Positions 17,078-26,707 of a stretch of DNA of 64,000 bases are shown one piece after another. Positions within the stretch are counted from its first letter, which is position 1. Each line of letters begins with the position of its first letter. The translations under genes were made by a program, and so were the position numbers. The notes under the pieces are model-generated. The model was not told where the DNA came from. It ran no database searches and saw only the letters and a program-made list of their open reading frames with translations. Source of the DNA: a virus (taxonomy: Duplodnaviria > Heunggongvirae > Uroviricota > Caudoviricetes); the IMG/VR virus record IMGVR_UViG_642973540_000001. The stretch is one strand, 5' to 3'.

Positions 17078-17310
17078 AATGCCCCCGAACTGAAGCGGCT
17101 GTAGATGAAGGTTATAAACCTGATGAGGCGACTAAGTTCGCCTTATATCTTTATGGCAATGAAGACTGTAAAGAGACCTACAGCCAAATCTTGGAAATGG
17201 CGTTTGTTGATGCGTGTGACCTGAGAGAATTCCTCGAAGTGAAGTCTTCATATAAAGAAGAGCAAGCCTATTATGAATACGTCAGGAACAAAGGTAAAGT
17301 ACAGAGGTAA
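16667..17310 (+). CDS. tail assembly chaperone -1 frameshift fusion product (gpE'/gpGT analogue); slippery site T TTT TTC at 17020-17026
   Basis: -1 frame open 17005-17310, ends 4 nt before TMP ATG; heptamer fits X XXY YYZ. Confidence 0.5.
17020..17026 (+). promoter_or_regulatory. programmed -1 ribosomal frameshift slippery heptamer TTTTTTC
   Basis: seen in sequence in zero frame of chaperone gene. Confidence 0.5.
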
Positions 17311-17313
17311 TTA

Positions 17314-19536
17314 ATGGCTAAGTACACAGTTGATGAATTCGTAATTGAGCTAGGCTTCAATGAAAAGGTCATCAAAGGTTTGCAAAGAGTTGAAAAAACA
17401 GCTATGGCTGCTGCAACTCGAATTGAAAACCGCCTCAATAAAGCTGTGACGATTGATGGGAACAAGTCTAAGGCTGGTTTCGATAAGATTGTCCGTAATG
17501 CTCAGACTGCCGCTAACAGTGTGAACAGAGCCTTTTCTAAGAGCATGGACTTTGGAAATGCTGGTAAGGCATCCGTTAAGGGCGTAGAAACGGCTGCTAG
17601 GGCTTCTGCAAAGCGTATTAAGAAAGAGATGCAGGATGCCTTTAACGTTCGTGGTAATGGGCGTGGAGGCGGTTCTGGAGGCTCTGGAGGGGGTAGACCT
17701 CCGAGAGGTGGTAACGGTGGTGGTGCAGGTGGTTCATCGAACTCCGCAGCACGCTCTATCGAGAGAACCTACTCAAACAACTACTACTCTGGTCTGACAC
17801 GTAAACTTGAAAGTATGGGTGTTCGTGGTCAAGGACTTGCTGGTAAATTCCGTTCTGACATTACAGGTCTTCGTGATGAAGCCTTGAAAAACCCTTCTGC
17901 TAACTTAGCAAACTACAACATGCAAATCAAGGCATCTATTGACTCGATGAAGCGTTGGATTTCTGCTGAGAATGCTGAAGCTAAAGCAAGACGTGAACAG
18001 ACATGGCTTCTTGACAGAGCTAACTCATCCCTTACACAATGGATTGGTGGCTTCGCTTCACTGTATACGGTGATTGAAGGAATCAAGAAAGTTGTTGATG
18101 CAGGTGTGGCACGTCAGGGTCAAATGCTCTCTGCACAGGCTGTCTTCAAAGGTCAGGCTGGCGATGCTAAAACGTTCGCTGCTGGATTCTCTCAGCAGAT
18201 TGGACAGGGCTTCACAGAGACTATGAAGCAGTATACCGGATTTGCTGCGGGTGCTCAAAACGCACTTGGTTATCAGGGTACACAGGACTTCTATAAGAAC
18301 GCTGCAACGTTTGGTCGTATTCGTGGTCTGGATGCTGAACAGTTGAAAGGTATCATGGTTGCGTTCACTCAAATGGCTTCTAAGGGTCGTGTACAAGCTG
18401 AAGAACTTCGTGGACAGTTGGGTGACCGTTTGCCCGGTGCTGAACAGATGTTCGCAGATGCTTTGGGTGTAAACACTCAGCAACTTGACGCACTGATGAA
18501 AAATGGTAAACTCCTTGCGAAAGACGTTCTTCCTCGCGTTTCTGAACAGATGAAGAAGATGTCTGATGAGGTTGGTGGTCTTGACCGTGTTTCTCAAATG
18601 GCTGTAACTGGTATCGGTCGTGTAAACGCTGCTATTGAGAACAACCTTGTAAAAGCCTTTGACGGTGCTGAAAGTGGGCTTGGGGTATTCACAAGTGCTC
18701 TGGCTAATATGCTTTCAGACTCAACAGCAATCAGTGAAGCTATGGGTGGTATCTTCGGGGAAATCCTGAAAGTCGCTGGTAGTGGTATTGACCATGTTGA
18801 TGAGTGGGTAAGACACATCTCTGCGGCTCTTCTGAGAATGTCTGCTTGGTATGATGAACTGGACGATGGACAGAAGAAACTTATCAAGTCTGCGGCTGAT
18901 TTCGCAATCGCTGTTGGTGAAGTTCTTGTTGTTGTTAAGGCTCTTCGCGGTGTCACTGGTATTATCTCTGCGGTTCTTGGACTCAAGCAACTTGCAACAG
19001 GTGGTGCAGGGGCAGCAGGTGCAGGAGCGGGAGCAGCGGGGGCTGGTGCAGCAGGTGGTGGTATCATGGCAAGAATCTTAGGATTCGCTAAAGGTGCTCC
19101 AAAGGCAGCGGGGCCGATTGGTTGGGCGTTAATGGCTAAGGCTGGTGTAGACGCTTCAGGTGTTGAACAGAATTACCCAACGCTGTTTGGTAAGGATAAC
19201 CCTATTGCCAAAGGTCTTAACTGGTTGACCGACCCTAAAACGTTAGGTTATCAGCAAGGAGACTCCCTGACAAACAGTCCATTCACAAGGATGATGGGTT
19301 CACTTGGTGATTGGTTGTCAGGTAACAACGCACTTTCTCCACAGAACGGGTATAGCCCACAGAACATGTTTGCTGTTCCAAGTATGTACAACCCTGCACA
19401 GCAGACTGTACAGAACAATCAGCGAATGACGTTCAACATCAACCTTGACAGTCGTAAGATTGGTGAATATCAGACAGAAGTTGTAACTCACAACAACGAA
19501 GATGTCAACATTAACACAGAGCACATGGGGGATTAA
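17314..19536 (+). CDS. tail tape measure protein
   Basis: 740 aa, Gly-rich and (GA)n low-complexity segments, position after chaperones. Confidence 0.8.
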   Translation: MAKYTVDEFVIELGFNEKVIKGLQRVEKTAMAAATRIENRLNKAVTIDGNKSKAGFDKIVRNAQTAANSVNRAFSKSMDFGNAGKASVKGVETAARASAKRIKKEMQDAFNVRGNGRGGGSGGSGGGRPPRGGNGGGAGGSSNSAARSIERTYSNNYYSGLTRKLESMGVRGQGLAGKFRSDITGLRDEALKNPSANLANYNMQIKASIDSMKRWISAENAEAKARREQTWLLDRANSSLTQWIGGFASLYTVIEGIKKVVDAGVARQGQMLSAQAVFKGQAGDAKTFAAGFSQQIGQGFTETMKQYTGFAAGAQNALGYQGTQDFYKNAATFGRIRGLDAEQLKGIMVAFTQMASKGRVQAEELRGQLGDRLPGAEQMFADALGVNTQQLDALMKNGKLLAKDVLPRVSEQMKKMSDEVGGLDRVSQMAVTGIGRVNAAIENNLVKAFDGAESGLGVFTSALANMLSDSTAISEAMGGIFGEILKVAGSGIDHVDEWVRHISAALLRMSAWYDELDDGQKKLIKSAADFAIAVGEVLVVVKALRGVTGIISAVLGLKQLATGGAGAAGAGAGAAGAGAAGGGIMARILGFAKGAPKAAGPIGWALMAKAGVDASGVEQNYPTLFGKDNPIAKGLNWLTDPKTLGYQQGDSLTNSPFTRMMGSLGDWLSGNNALSPQNGYSPQNMFAVPSMYNPAQQTVQNNQRMTFNINLDSRKIGEYQTEVVTHNNEDVNINTEHMGD

Positions 19537-19539
19537 TCA

Positions 19540-20367
19540 ATGGCTGGTGCTATCACTACAGATAATTCGGCAACGTCTTATAAGGAAGATGGTACACCAA
19601 TCTATGATAACGCTACAGGTAAATCGGCTCATTATGCGAAGAAGGATGGGGTCTACTTTCACATTAAAGATGACCTCAGACTTCTGCTTTACCTTACCGC
19701 TAACACAGATATTGATATTGACAGTTCGATGAGCGTAACAGTTCAGCCTATGCAGTCAGGTGAGACAATCACAGATAACTATCTGAGAAGTCCTCGAATT
19801 GCAACTATCACTGGTGTAGTTGTCTCAACGGTTGAAGGAACAATCCTCACGCAGACCTATAACAAGAACGCAGAAGCCTTTACAGCAATTGCAGAACGCT
19901 GGAGAGACCAGAAGCGAATCTTAACATTAGTCTGTCCACACAAGCAAAGACTACAGAGCTGTGTCATCACCAAACTCAGTATGAAGAAGGATTCATCTAT
20001 TGAGAACGGTTTGAAAATCGTAGCAACTTTCCAAGAAGTAATCTTAAAGACGAACATTGGTAAGACTTCTATTAGTGCCTCTGGAAAGAGAGCGTCTAAG
20101 GCTGGTACAGCCACTAAGAAGCAGGTTGGTAACACTGCGACTACAACAGGTTCAAGTCCAAGTGCTTGTCAGGGTCTGAAGACTGCTTATGATAATGGTC
20201 TTGAAAAACTCAACTCAACACAGAAAAGGCTTCTTGCTAACTGTCTTGATAATAAGAGTTTCGGTACAAAGGGTACTTACTCTGCAACCGATGACAAGGC
20301 TGTGTCAGATTACTACAAGCGTCATGCAGGTAATCCAAATTCTGAAAAGGGTATTGGTACACGCTAA
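19540..20367 (+). CDS. tail protein (P2 gpU-like position)
   Basis: ORF track; synteny. Confidence 0.5.
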   Translation: MAGAITTDNSATSYKEDGTPIYDNATGKSAHYAKKDGVYFHIKDDLRLLLYLTANTDIDIDSSMSVTVQPMQSGETITDNYLRSPRIATITGVVVSTVEGTILTQTYNKNAEAFTAIAERWRDQKRILTLVCPHKQRLQSCVITKLSMKKDSSIENGLKIVATFQEVILKTNIGKTSISASGKRASKAGTATKKQVGNTATTTGSSPSACQGLKTAYDNGLEKLNSTQKRLLANCLDNKSFGTKGTYSATDDKAVSDYYKRHAGNPNSEKGIGTR

Positions 20368-20690
20368 TGTCAAACTATATTCCTGTCCCTGATAGTGAAT
20401 GGTCAACACAGACTGTGACCCTTGATAAAATCCCGTTCCTGCTTGAGCTAAGATTTAAGAGCCGTCAGGAGCGTTGGTATTTGACAATCAAGGACACTGA
20501 TGGTAACATTTTAATCAGTGAAGTTAAATGTGTTCCAAACACAACCTTAACAGGTCGATACGGTCTCCCTGAGATTTATGGAGACATCTTTGTAGAGCGA
20601 TTCTACGGAAGTTCCGAATATCCGACAAGAAATAACTTCGGTATCGGAAAAGAGTTCGGCCTCGTCTACCAACCCCTTGAAGAACAATAA
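20367..20690 (+). CDS. small tail/baseplate protein
   Basis: ORF track; ATGA overlap. Confidence 0.5.
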   Translation: MSNYIPVPDSEWSTQTVTLDKIPFLLELRFKSRQERWYLTIKDTDGNILISEVKCVPNTTLTGRYGLPEIYGDIFVERFYGSSEYPTRNNFGIGKEFGLVYQPLEEQ

Positions 20691-20699
20691 GGCTCTGAA

Positions 20700-21785
20700 A
20701 TGGCTGAGAAAAATACTTCAGCCTTTCGTGTCTACCAGTTGGCTGTAGGTGCTGAATCAATCGGCTTCGATAATCAGCCAACCGGACACGCGAAAGACAC
20801 AGAAAACCTTGTCTTCTTTACAGAGTTGCAATTCACAGCAAATATCTCGTATACTGACCAGAAGTCAAAAACTGGTACAGACGATACGACGATTGAAATG
20901 TACAACCTTGCTCCAGAGATGAGGGCGAGGTTTAAAGCTGTTGGTGCTACTGTAATGATTCGTGCAGGGTACGACGACATTTTCCCACGTAATGAAGACA
21001 CAGGTTATGTTGAGGTCGATTATGACGCTCTGCCTATTGTTTATCTTGGGACTGTGTTGTACAGTTACACGTATAAGAAAGGTGCAGATTTAATCACAAA
21101 ATTAATCTGTTCCAATGACAAACTCGAAAGGGCAACGACAAAGACCAGTATCGCATTCCCTGCTGGAGTGGCTAAGAAGACTGTTATTTCTAACCTGATG
21201 AAGACTCTTGACCTTGCGGTTATTGAATCTGACTTAGCTAACGTGACAGGAATCTACCACAATGGTTTTACAGTTTACGGTTCAGTATCTGATGCTTTGA
21301 CCAGAGTTTGTGAAGAAAATGGTCTCAAGTGGTTTACATTCAACAAACAGATTCGCGTAATCCCCGCTGAACCTACGGGCAGTGGTGAGGGTTGGGCTAT
21401 CGGAGCAAGCAACATCATCGGCTCTGTTGAGGGTTACTACAGACGAACCAGAAAGGCTTTAAAGACAACGACTACACCGACAAGCATTGGTGCAGCTTCA
21501 GAAGATACACAGACAACTGAATCATCAGGTTCTGTAGACTTCGCAGCTATGGCATCGGCTTCCGCATCAGGTGGTTCGGGTGGTAAAAGACCAAAAGTTA
21601 TCGTTGTTAAGACGGGTGTCCGAATCACTGTTCACCTTGACGGTCGTATTCGCTTAGGCGATACTGTTCAGCTTTCTGACTCAATTGACTTTGACGGTAC
21701 TTATCGTGTTAAAGGGATTGCTCACAATCTCGATTACACTGGTGACCGTTGGACAACAGAGTTGGATTTAGAGAAGGTTACTTAA
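20700..21785 (+). CDS. tail/baseplate hub protein (P2 gpD-like)
   Basis: 361 aa; position before spike. Confidence 0.55.
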   Translation: MAEKNTSAFRVYQLAVGAESIGFDNQPTGHAKDTENLVFFTELQFTANISYTDQKSKTGTDDTTIEMYNLAPEMRARFKAVGATVMIRAGYDDIFPRNEDTGYVEVDYDALPIVYLGTVLYSYTYKKGADLITKLICSNDKLERATTKTSIAFPAGVAKKTVISNLMKTLDLAVIESDLANVTGIYHNGFTVYGSVSDALTRVCEENGLKWFTFNKQIRVIPAEPTGSGEGWAIGASNIIGSVEGYYRRTRKALKTTTTPTSIGAASEDTQTTESSGSVDFAAMASASASGGSGGKRPKVIVVKTGVRITVHLDGRIRLGDTVQLSDSIDFDGTYRVKGIAHNLDYTGDRWTTELDLEKVT

Positions 21786-22429
21786 TGGCTTATGCAAGTC
21801 CCACTTCAAGGCTTGCGAACGTAATCTCTGGTTATCTTGACGAGTTTAAAAAGGAACTCTACACGGCACTTCCTGCTGTTGTGGAGTCCTATAACCCCAA
21901 GACACAATCAGCATCTGTTAGACCTCTCATTCAGGTTGACGAACTTCCTAACCCGCTCATTCATGGTGTACCTATCCAGTTCCCTTCTGGTGGTGGTGCA
22001 TCCTTGACATTCCCTGTGAAAGCTGGTGACCAGTGCTTGCTCATCTTCTCAATGCTTCCGATGGATGCTTGGATGTCAGGTGATGGTTCTATGAAGAAGG
22101 TCAATAACAGACGTTCGCATGACATCACAGATGCCTTTGCAATTGTCGGTGTCGGTACAAACAACAAGAACTTCAATCCAGACCCTGATAAGGTTCGTCT
22201 TCAGTATGGTGAATTAGTTTTCACTTTTGCAGAAGACGGTTCAGCAGTTTTAGAAGGTAGTCTGCATGTTACCAAAGACATCACCTCTGATGCAAACATT
22301 AGAGCAGAGAAAGAGATGTTCGCAAGTAATATCACAATGCACGACTCTGGCGTAGACTTCAACAGTCACGTCCACCACTATTACTGGACAGATGGTTCTG
22401 GTGAAGCTAACTCTCAAAAGGCACAGTAA
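21785..22429 (+). CDS. baseplate spike/hub protein (P2 gpV-like)
   Basis: ATG 21785 overlapping upstream stop (TAATG) with GAGAAGG SD; about 214 aa. Confidence 0.6.
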   Translation: MAYASPTSRLANVISGYLDEFKKELYTALPAVVESYNPKTQSASVRPLIQVDELPNPLIHGVPIQFPSGGGASLTFPVKAGDQCLLIFSMLPMDAWMSGDGSMKKVNNRRSHDITDAFAIVGVGTNNKNFNPDPDKVRLQYGELVFTFAEDGSAVLEGSLHVTKDITSDANIRAEKEMFASNITMHDSGVDFNSHVHHYYWTDGSGEANSQKAQ

Positions 22430-22845
22430 TGTCTACAGATTTCAAATTAAATCTCGGTGCTGGCTACATGAGAAAACTCGGTAACGATGTCATTTACATT
22501 GACCACGGAGACCTTGACATTGACGCAAACGGAAATATCAAGATTATTCCAGAGGATGACATTGTTACTCAGGTTGCTCAAAAGATTCACATCAGATGCT
22601 ATCTGAAACGTGGGGAACTCTTCTTCAACCTTGATGCAGGTTTCCCGTACATCCAAATCTCCAAGTATAAAAACTCGAAGTCAATCTTCGATAACTACAT
22701 GGAAGAATATCTTCTTGAAACTGAAGGTGTCGCAAGCATGACATCGTACAGTTCAACCCTTGACAACTTTACCAGACAGATTTCTGTGCAGTTTTCTGCA
22801 ACAACTCTTTCTGGTGAAACAGCAGAAGGTGAGGTTAACATTTAA
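22429..22845 (+). CDS. baseplate wedge protein gpW/gp25-like
   Basis: 138 aa; conserved position and gp25-like sequence character. Confidence 0.6.
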   Translation: MSTDFKLNLGAGYMRKLGNDVIYIDHGDLDIDANGNIKIIPEDDIVTQVAQKIHIRCYLKRGELFFNLDAGFPYIQISKYKNSKSIFDNYMEEYLLETEGVASMTSYSSTLDNFTRQISVQFSATTLSGETAEGEVNI

Positions 22846-24329
22846 TGGCTGGATTAACAAGCAGAGGATTGGTTACGCTGAGATACAGTGAGGTGGTGGA
22901 TAACATCAGCCAATACCTGTTTCAGAACCTCTCACAGAAACTCAACATTTCTGAAGATAGTGACTTGGGTATTTTACTTGCTGCAATCTGTACAGAAATT
23001 GCCGACCTTTGGGAAGCAACCAGTGCTGTTAACGACTCTACACGAATTGATAAAGCTGAAGGATTCAGCCTTGATGATTTGGTTGGCTTGAACGGTATTT
23101 ACCGTTATATTGCTATGCCAACTTCAGGTGTTGCAGAGTTTACTGGTGATGTTGGTACTGAGGTTCCTTCAACGACTACGTTGAGAACCACAACAGGTGC
23201 TATCTATTACCCGAAAGCGACTTTCACCATTTCTACAACATCTTGTGTTGAGACTAACGTTTCAATCAACAACCTGAGAGCAGGTGAATCGTATATTATC
23301 ATCATTGATAACGTTGAGTACAGCTACACAGCATTGACAGGTGATACCAAGTTGACTGTTCTTCAGAACTTGACAAAACTGATTAACAGTGGTCTAATTG
23401 CTGTTGCTACTTTGGATTCTTCCAACTTGAGTATGAATATTGCCAAAGATAAAGGCGACATCAACAAACGTACTCAGTCAATGGTTGTCACAACAACAAC
23501 GTACATGTCATTTGGTAAGACGACTGTACTTCAGTCTGTGGAGTCAGAAGACAATGGGTCTATTGCTGGATTTGCTGAAACTCTTCTTTACATTGACTCT
23601 CCTGTATCAGGTTTGGACTCTGTTTATAACAGATATGATTTCACCCTCGGAAGGGGTCGTGAAACTGATGAAGAGTTGCGAGAAAGATACTACGGGTCAT
23701 TGACTGTTACAGGTATCGGTACGCTTGATGCTATCGTGGCTGCTGTCAAGAAACTTAGTGGTGTGTCTGCCTGTCAAGGTGTCGAAAACGACACTGAGGT
23801 AATGGATAACACAACAGGTCTTCCAGCTAAATCTTTCCAGATTGTCGTAGTTGGTGGTAACAATAACGAGGTTGCTCAAGCCATTTGGGACACAAAACCT
23901 GCTGGTATTCGTGCATTCGGTACAGTTGTTGGTACAGCTTACGATGACAACGGTTATGACCACAAGGTTTACTTCTCTCGTCCAGACCCACGTTACGTGT
24001 TCGTCAAGGTTCGTTACTATATCGACTCGGAAGAAACCCTGTCTGTACAGGAAACAGCCCTTCCCGATGCTATCAAGAGTGCTATCCTGAAATACGGTGC
24101 AACTCTTTCAGTTGGTGGTGACGTTGTTCCTAACCGTATCTTACGCTACATCTACGAGAACGTTACAGGTATCGTTGTTGACTCTATCACAGTAGCACTT
24201 GCAGTGAACCAGCAGACACCTCCAGCAGCAGGGGATTACACTTCTGACCGTCTGAAGATTAGCTCTACTCAGTACACTGTTTGGGAAACTAACCAGTTCA
24301 CAACGACTGCGATTGATGAACCTGATTAA
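22845..24329 (+). CDS. baseplate J-like protein
   Basis: 494 aa after gpW-like gene. Confidence 0.65.
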   Translation: MAGLTSRGLVTLRYSEVVDNISQYLFQNLSQKLNISEDSDLGILLAAICTEIADLWEATSAVNDSTRIDKAEGFSLDDLVGLNGIYRYIAMPTSGVAEFTGDVGTEVPSTTTLRTTTGAIYYPKATFTISTTSCVETNVSINNLRAGESYIIIIDNVEYSYTALTGDTKLTVLQNLTKLINSGLIAVATLDSSNLSMNIAKDKGDINKRTQSMVVTTTTYMSFGKTTVLQSVESEDNGSIAGFAETLLYIDSPVSGLDSVYNRYDFTLGRGRETDEELRERYYGSLTVTGIGTLDAIVAAVKKLSGVSACQGVENDTEVMDNTTGLPAKSFQIVVVGGNNNEVAQAIWDTKPAGIRAFGTVVGTAYDDNGYDHKVYFSRPDPRYVFVKVRYYIDSEETLSVQETALPDAIKSAILKYGATLSVGGDVVPNRILRYIYENVTGIVVDSITVALAVNQQTPPAAGDYTSDRLKISSTQYTVWETNQFTTTAIDEPD

Positions 24330-24338
24330 GGTATATAA

Positions 24339-25187
24339 ATGGCTTACGAGAAAATTGAAAGCCTGACTACCCAAGCCCTCGACGACTATACACCCTCTCA
24401 ATTTAAAGAGAAGAACGTGTATAGTCAACTCCTTTCAGCAATTACCTCAGAACTTCAGAAGGTTGAAGACACCCTGTGGGACATGTATAAAAAGAAGGGG
24501 TTGAACACTGCCGAGGGTATTCAGCTTGACTATATCGGGGCATTACTTAATGTCCCTCGTCAAGTGGGATTGTCAGATGATGCTTACCGTCTGGAAATCT
24601 ACGCTCAGATTCTTATTCGTCGTGCTGATACAACAGCAGACAGTATCATGAAAGCTATGCAAGCCGTCCACTCAGTAGACACTTCACAGTTATGGGAACA
24701 TTACTCAGGTGTTATGACAGGTGGGGTTGTTGTTAAGGTTGTTACAAACGATTCTGTAGATGACGCTGCACGAATCCTGAATAACATCTCAGCAGCCACT
24801 ATCGGTTCAGCAGTAATCCTCAGAGATGAGAATAATGGCCTTGCATGGACTCCTGTTGAGATTCAGTCAGATGAACTTTACCTGACAGATGAAGACGAAA
24901 ACCGATTCATTACTAACGGTGCTCAGAACATTACTGTGACAACAAAATCCGGTACGACTGAAGAGAACCTTATTGGCTCTTTGGCTGACGAAGGTATGAA
25001 ACAGTACAACCTTGCAGTCGAAGTCGAAAAAGATGAGAAGATTGTAACAGGTGATTTTATTGTTCGCAAGAACAGCACTGATGGTACTTTAAAAATTGAG
25101 CAACCTGCCGCTCTTGGTGGTGTGTATGGTTACTTTGCAGAAGTCAGCCAGCTTCGTAGCGGTCAGACTAAAATTGAAGGAACTTGA
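24339..25187 (+). CDS. baseplate protein (P2 gpI-like position)
   Basis: ORF track; synteny. Confidence 0.55.
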   Translation: MAYEKIESLTTQALDDYTPSQFKEKNVYSQLLSAITSELQKVEDTLWDMYKKKGLNTAEGIQLDYIGALLNVPRQVGLSDDAYRLEIYAQILIRRADTTADSIMKAMQAVHSVDTSQLWEHYSGVMTGGVVVKVVTNDSVDDAARILNNISAATIGSAVILRDENNGLAWTPVEIQSDELYLTDEDENRFITNGAQNITVTTKSGTTEENLIGSLADEGMKQYNLAVEVEKDEKIVTGDFIVRKNSTDGTLKIEQPAALGGVYGYFAEVSQLRSGQTKIEGT

Positions 25188-25543
25188 TAATGGCAAGACC
25201 TAATGACCCTGTAGTATCGTGGGCTACAGCAGACGTTGATAATGAGGGTTCACAGCTTAAAGTTGCACCACCATCTGAGATTCAGGCAAGTGGACTTTTA
25301 AGGGGTGAGCCGATGGGTAGACAGTGGTTTAACTACACACTGAACAACCTGTCTCAGTATATTAAATATCTGGACTCTGTTGTCAACCCCACGAAAGGTA
25401 CTTCTACCGCAACTCACGAAATTCGTATGAGTGCTGTGCAGCGTTCTGATTGGGCTGCAAGTGGTTGGAAGCTGATTAAAACAGTAACTGATTCAGCAAC
25501 CTCAACAGGTTCTATCTATTACTATGAACACACTGGAGCGTAA
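25184..25543 (+). CDS. small tail fibre-associated protein
   Basis: ORF track; overlap coupling. Confidence 0.5.
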   Translation: MIMARPNDPVVSWATADVDNEGSQLKVAPPSEIQASGLLRGEPMGRQWFNYTLNNLSQYIKYLDSVVNPTKGTSTATHEIRMSAVQRSDWAASGWKLIKTVTDSATSTGSIYYYEHTGA

Positions 25544-25546
25544 TGA

Positions 25547-26620
25547 ATGGCTGAAAGTAACATTCAGATTAACGCCTTGCCACAGGCAACGACACCGCTC
25601 TCTGATGCTGACATTTTCCACTGTAAGCAAGGTATCGTAGATAAGCGCGTAACTCTCGCTGACTTACTCTTCCCTCACTCAAGCCTGACCAACAACCCAC
25701 ATAATGTGACAAAGGCTCAGGTAGGTTTGGGTAATGTAACTAACGATGAACAGCTTGTCAAGGCTCAGAACTTAGGTGACCTCCCTAACGTGGAAATGGC
25801 ACAGCAGAACCTTAACGTTTATTCCAAAGAGGCTGTAGATAGTGTTGTACAAGCCCACATCAATGACAAGAACAACCCACACAATACGACCAAAAGTCAA
25901 GTTGGATTGGGAAACGTTGAGAACTACACCGTTGCCTTGTCTTATACGGACGCATCAGCGAACAAGTATGTTACAGCGAAAGTTGTAAACGACCTGTACA
26001 AGATGATTCAGGGGATGTACCCTATTGGTCACAGAATCTATACGGATAACTCTGCAAACCCTTCGACTTACATTCCAGTAGGTACTTGGGCGTTAACTGG
26101 TCAGGGTCGTGTCTCAGTTGGTTATGATGCTGGTAACAGTTCAAGACCTGCGGGTACAAAGTTTGGTTCATCAACTGTCACAATCGACGTTGCAAACCTT
26201 CCTGCGCACACTCACGGTGTCACTGTAACAGGTGGTAACCACAGCCACGGTGCTTCTGGTTCAACTACTGGTGCAGGTGCTCACAACCACGTAGCTTCAG
26301 GTAACACTGGATATGCTGGTGACCACAACCACACATACACGACAACTCGTCAGGGTGGGGGAAATCCGGGGAACCACGTTGGTCACGGTTCTAACGAGAT
26401 TCACTACACAAACGAAGCTACAGGCGTTGCAGGTGGACACACCCACTACGTTTCACTGGCTACGAACACTGTTGGTGACCATGCTCACGGACTGAACATC
26501 AACATCAACGCTTCAGGTAACTTGTCAATGTCTGGTACATCAAACCCTACAGGGTCTGGTCAGGCTCTGACTATCGAACAGCCGTCAGAAGTTGTTTATA
26601 TCTGGAAACGTGTATCTTAA
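25547..26620 (+). CDS. tail fibre protein with QVGLGNV phage-fibre repeats and His-rich HxH metal-binding-like repeats
   Basis: TKAQVGLGNVTN/TKSQVGLGNVEN repeats; HTHGVTVTGGNHSHG...HNHVA...DHNHTYTT. Confidence 0.7.
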   Translation: MAESNIQINALPQATTPLSDADIFHCKQGIVDKRVTLADLLFPHSSLTNNPHNVTKAQVGLGNVTNDEQLVKAQNLGDLPNVEMAQQNLNVYSKEAVDSVVQAHINDKNNPHNTTKSQVGLGNVENYTVALSYTDASANKYVTAKVVNDLYKMIQGMYPIGHRIYTDNSANPSTYIPVGTWALTGQGRVSVGYDAGNSSRPAGTKFGSSTVTIDVANLPAHTHGVTVTGGNHSHGASGSTTGAGAHNHVASGNTGYAGDHNHTYTTTRQGGGNPGNHVGHGSNEIHYTNEATGVAGGHTHYVSLATNTVGDHAHGLNININASGNLSMSGTSNPTGSGQALTIEQPSEVVYIWKRVS

Positions 26621-26623
26621 CAA

Positions 26624-26648
26624 GGGGACTCTTCGGAGTCCTTTTTAT
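26624..26648 (+). terminator. rho-independent terminator GGGGACTC-TTCG-GAGTCC-TTTTT (family copy 1)
   Basis: perfect stem with UUCG tetraloop and T-run. Confidence 0.75.
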
Positions 26649-26707
26649 TATTGCTTTTTACAGATTGCATGAGATAATGAAATATTGACCATGCAGAGGA
26701 ATTTTAA

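Noticed and set aside
6162-24428. Antisense or alternate-frame ORFs inside structural genes (e.g. 6162..6557-, 7172..7429-, 8285..8566-, 18058..18597-, 18594..19067-, 23697..23963-, 24141..24428-)
   Set aside because: They are entirely embedded in long, well-supported sense-strand genes. The 18594..19067 ORF is just the Pro/Ala-rich antisense of the GC-rich (GA)n tape-measure repeat.
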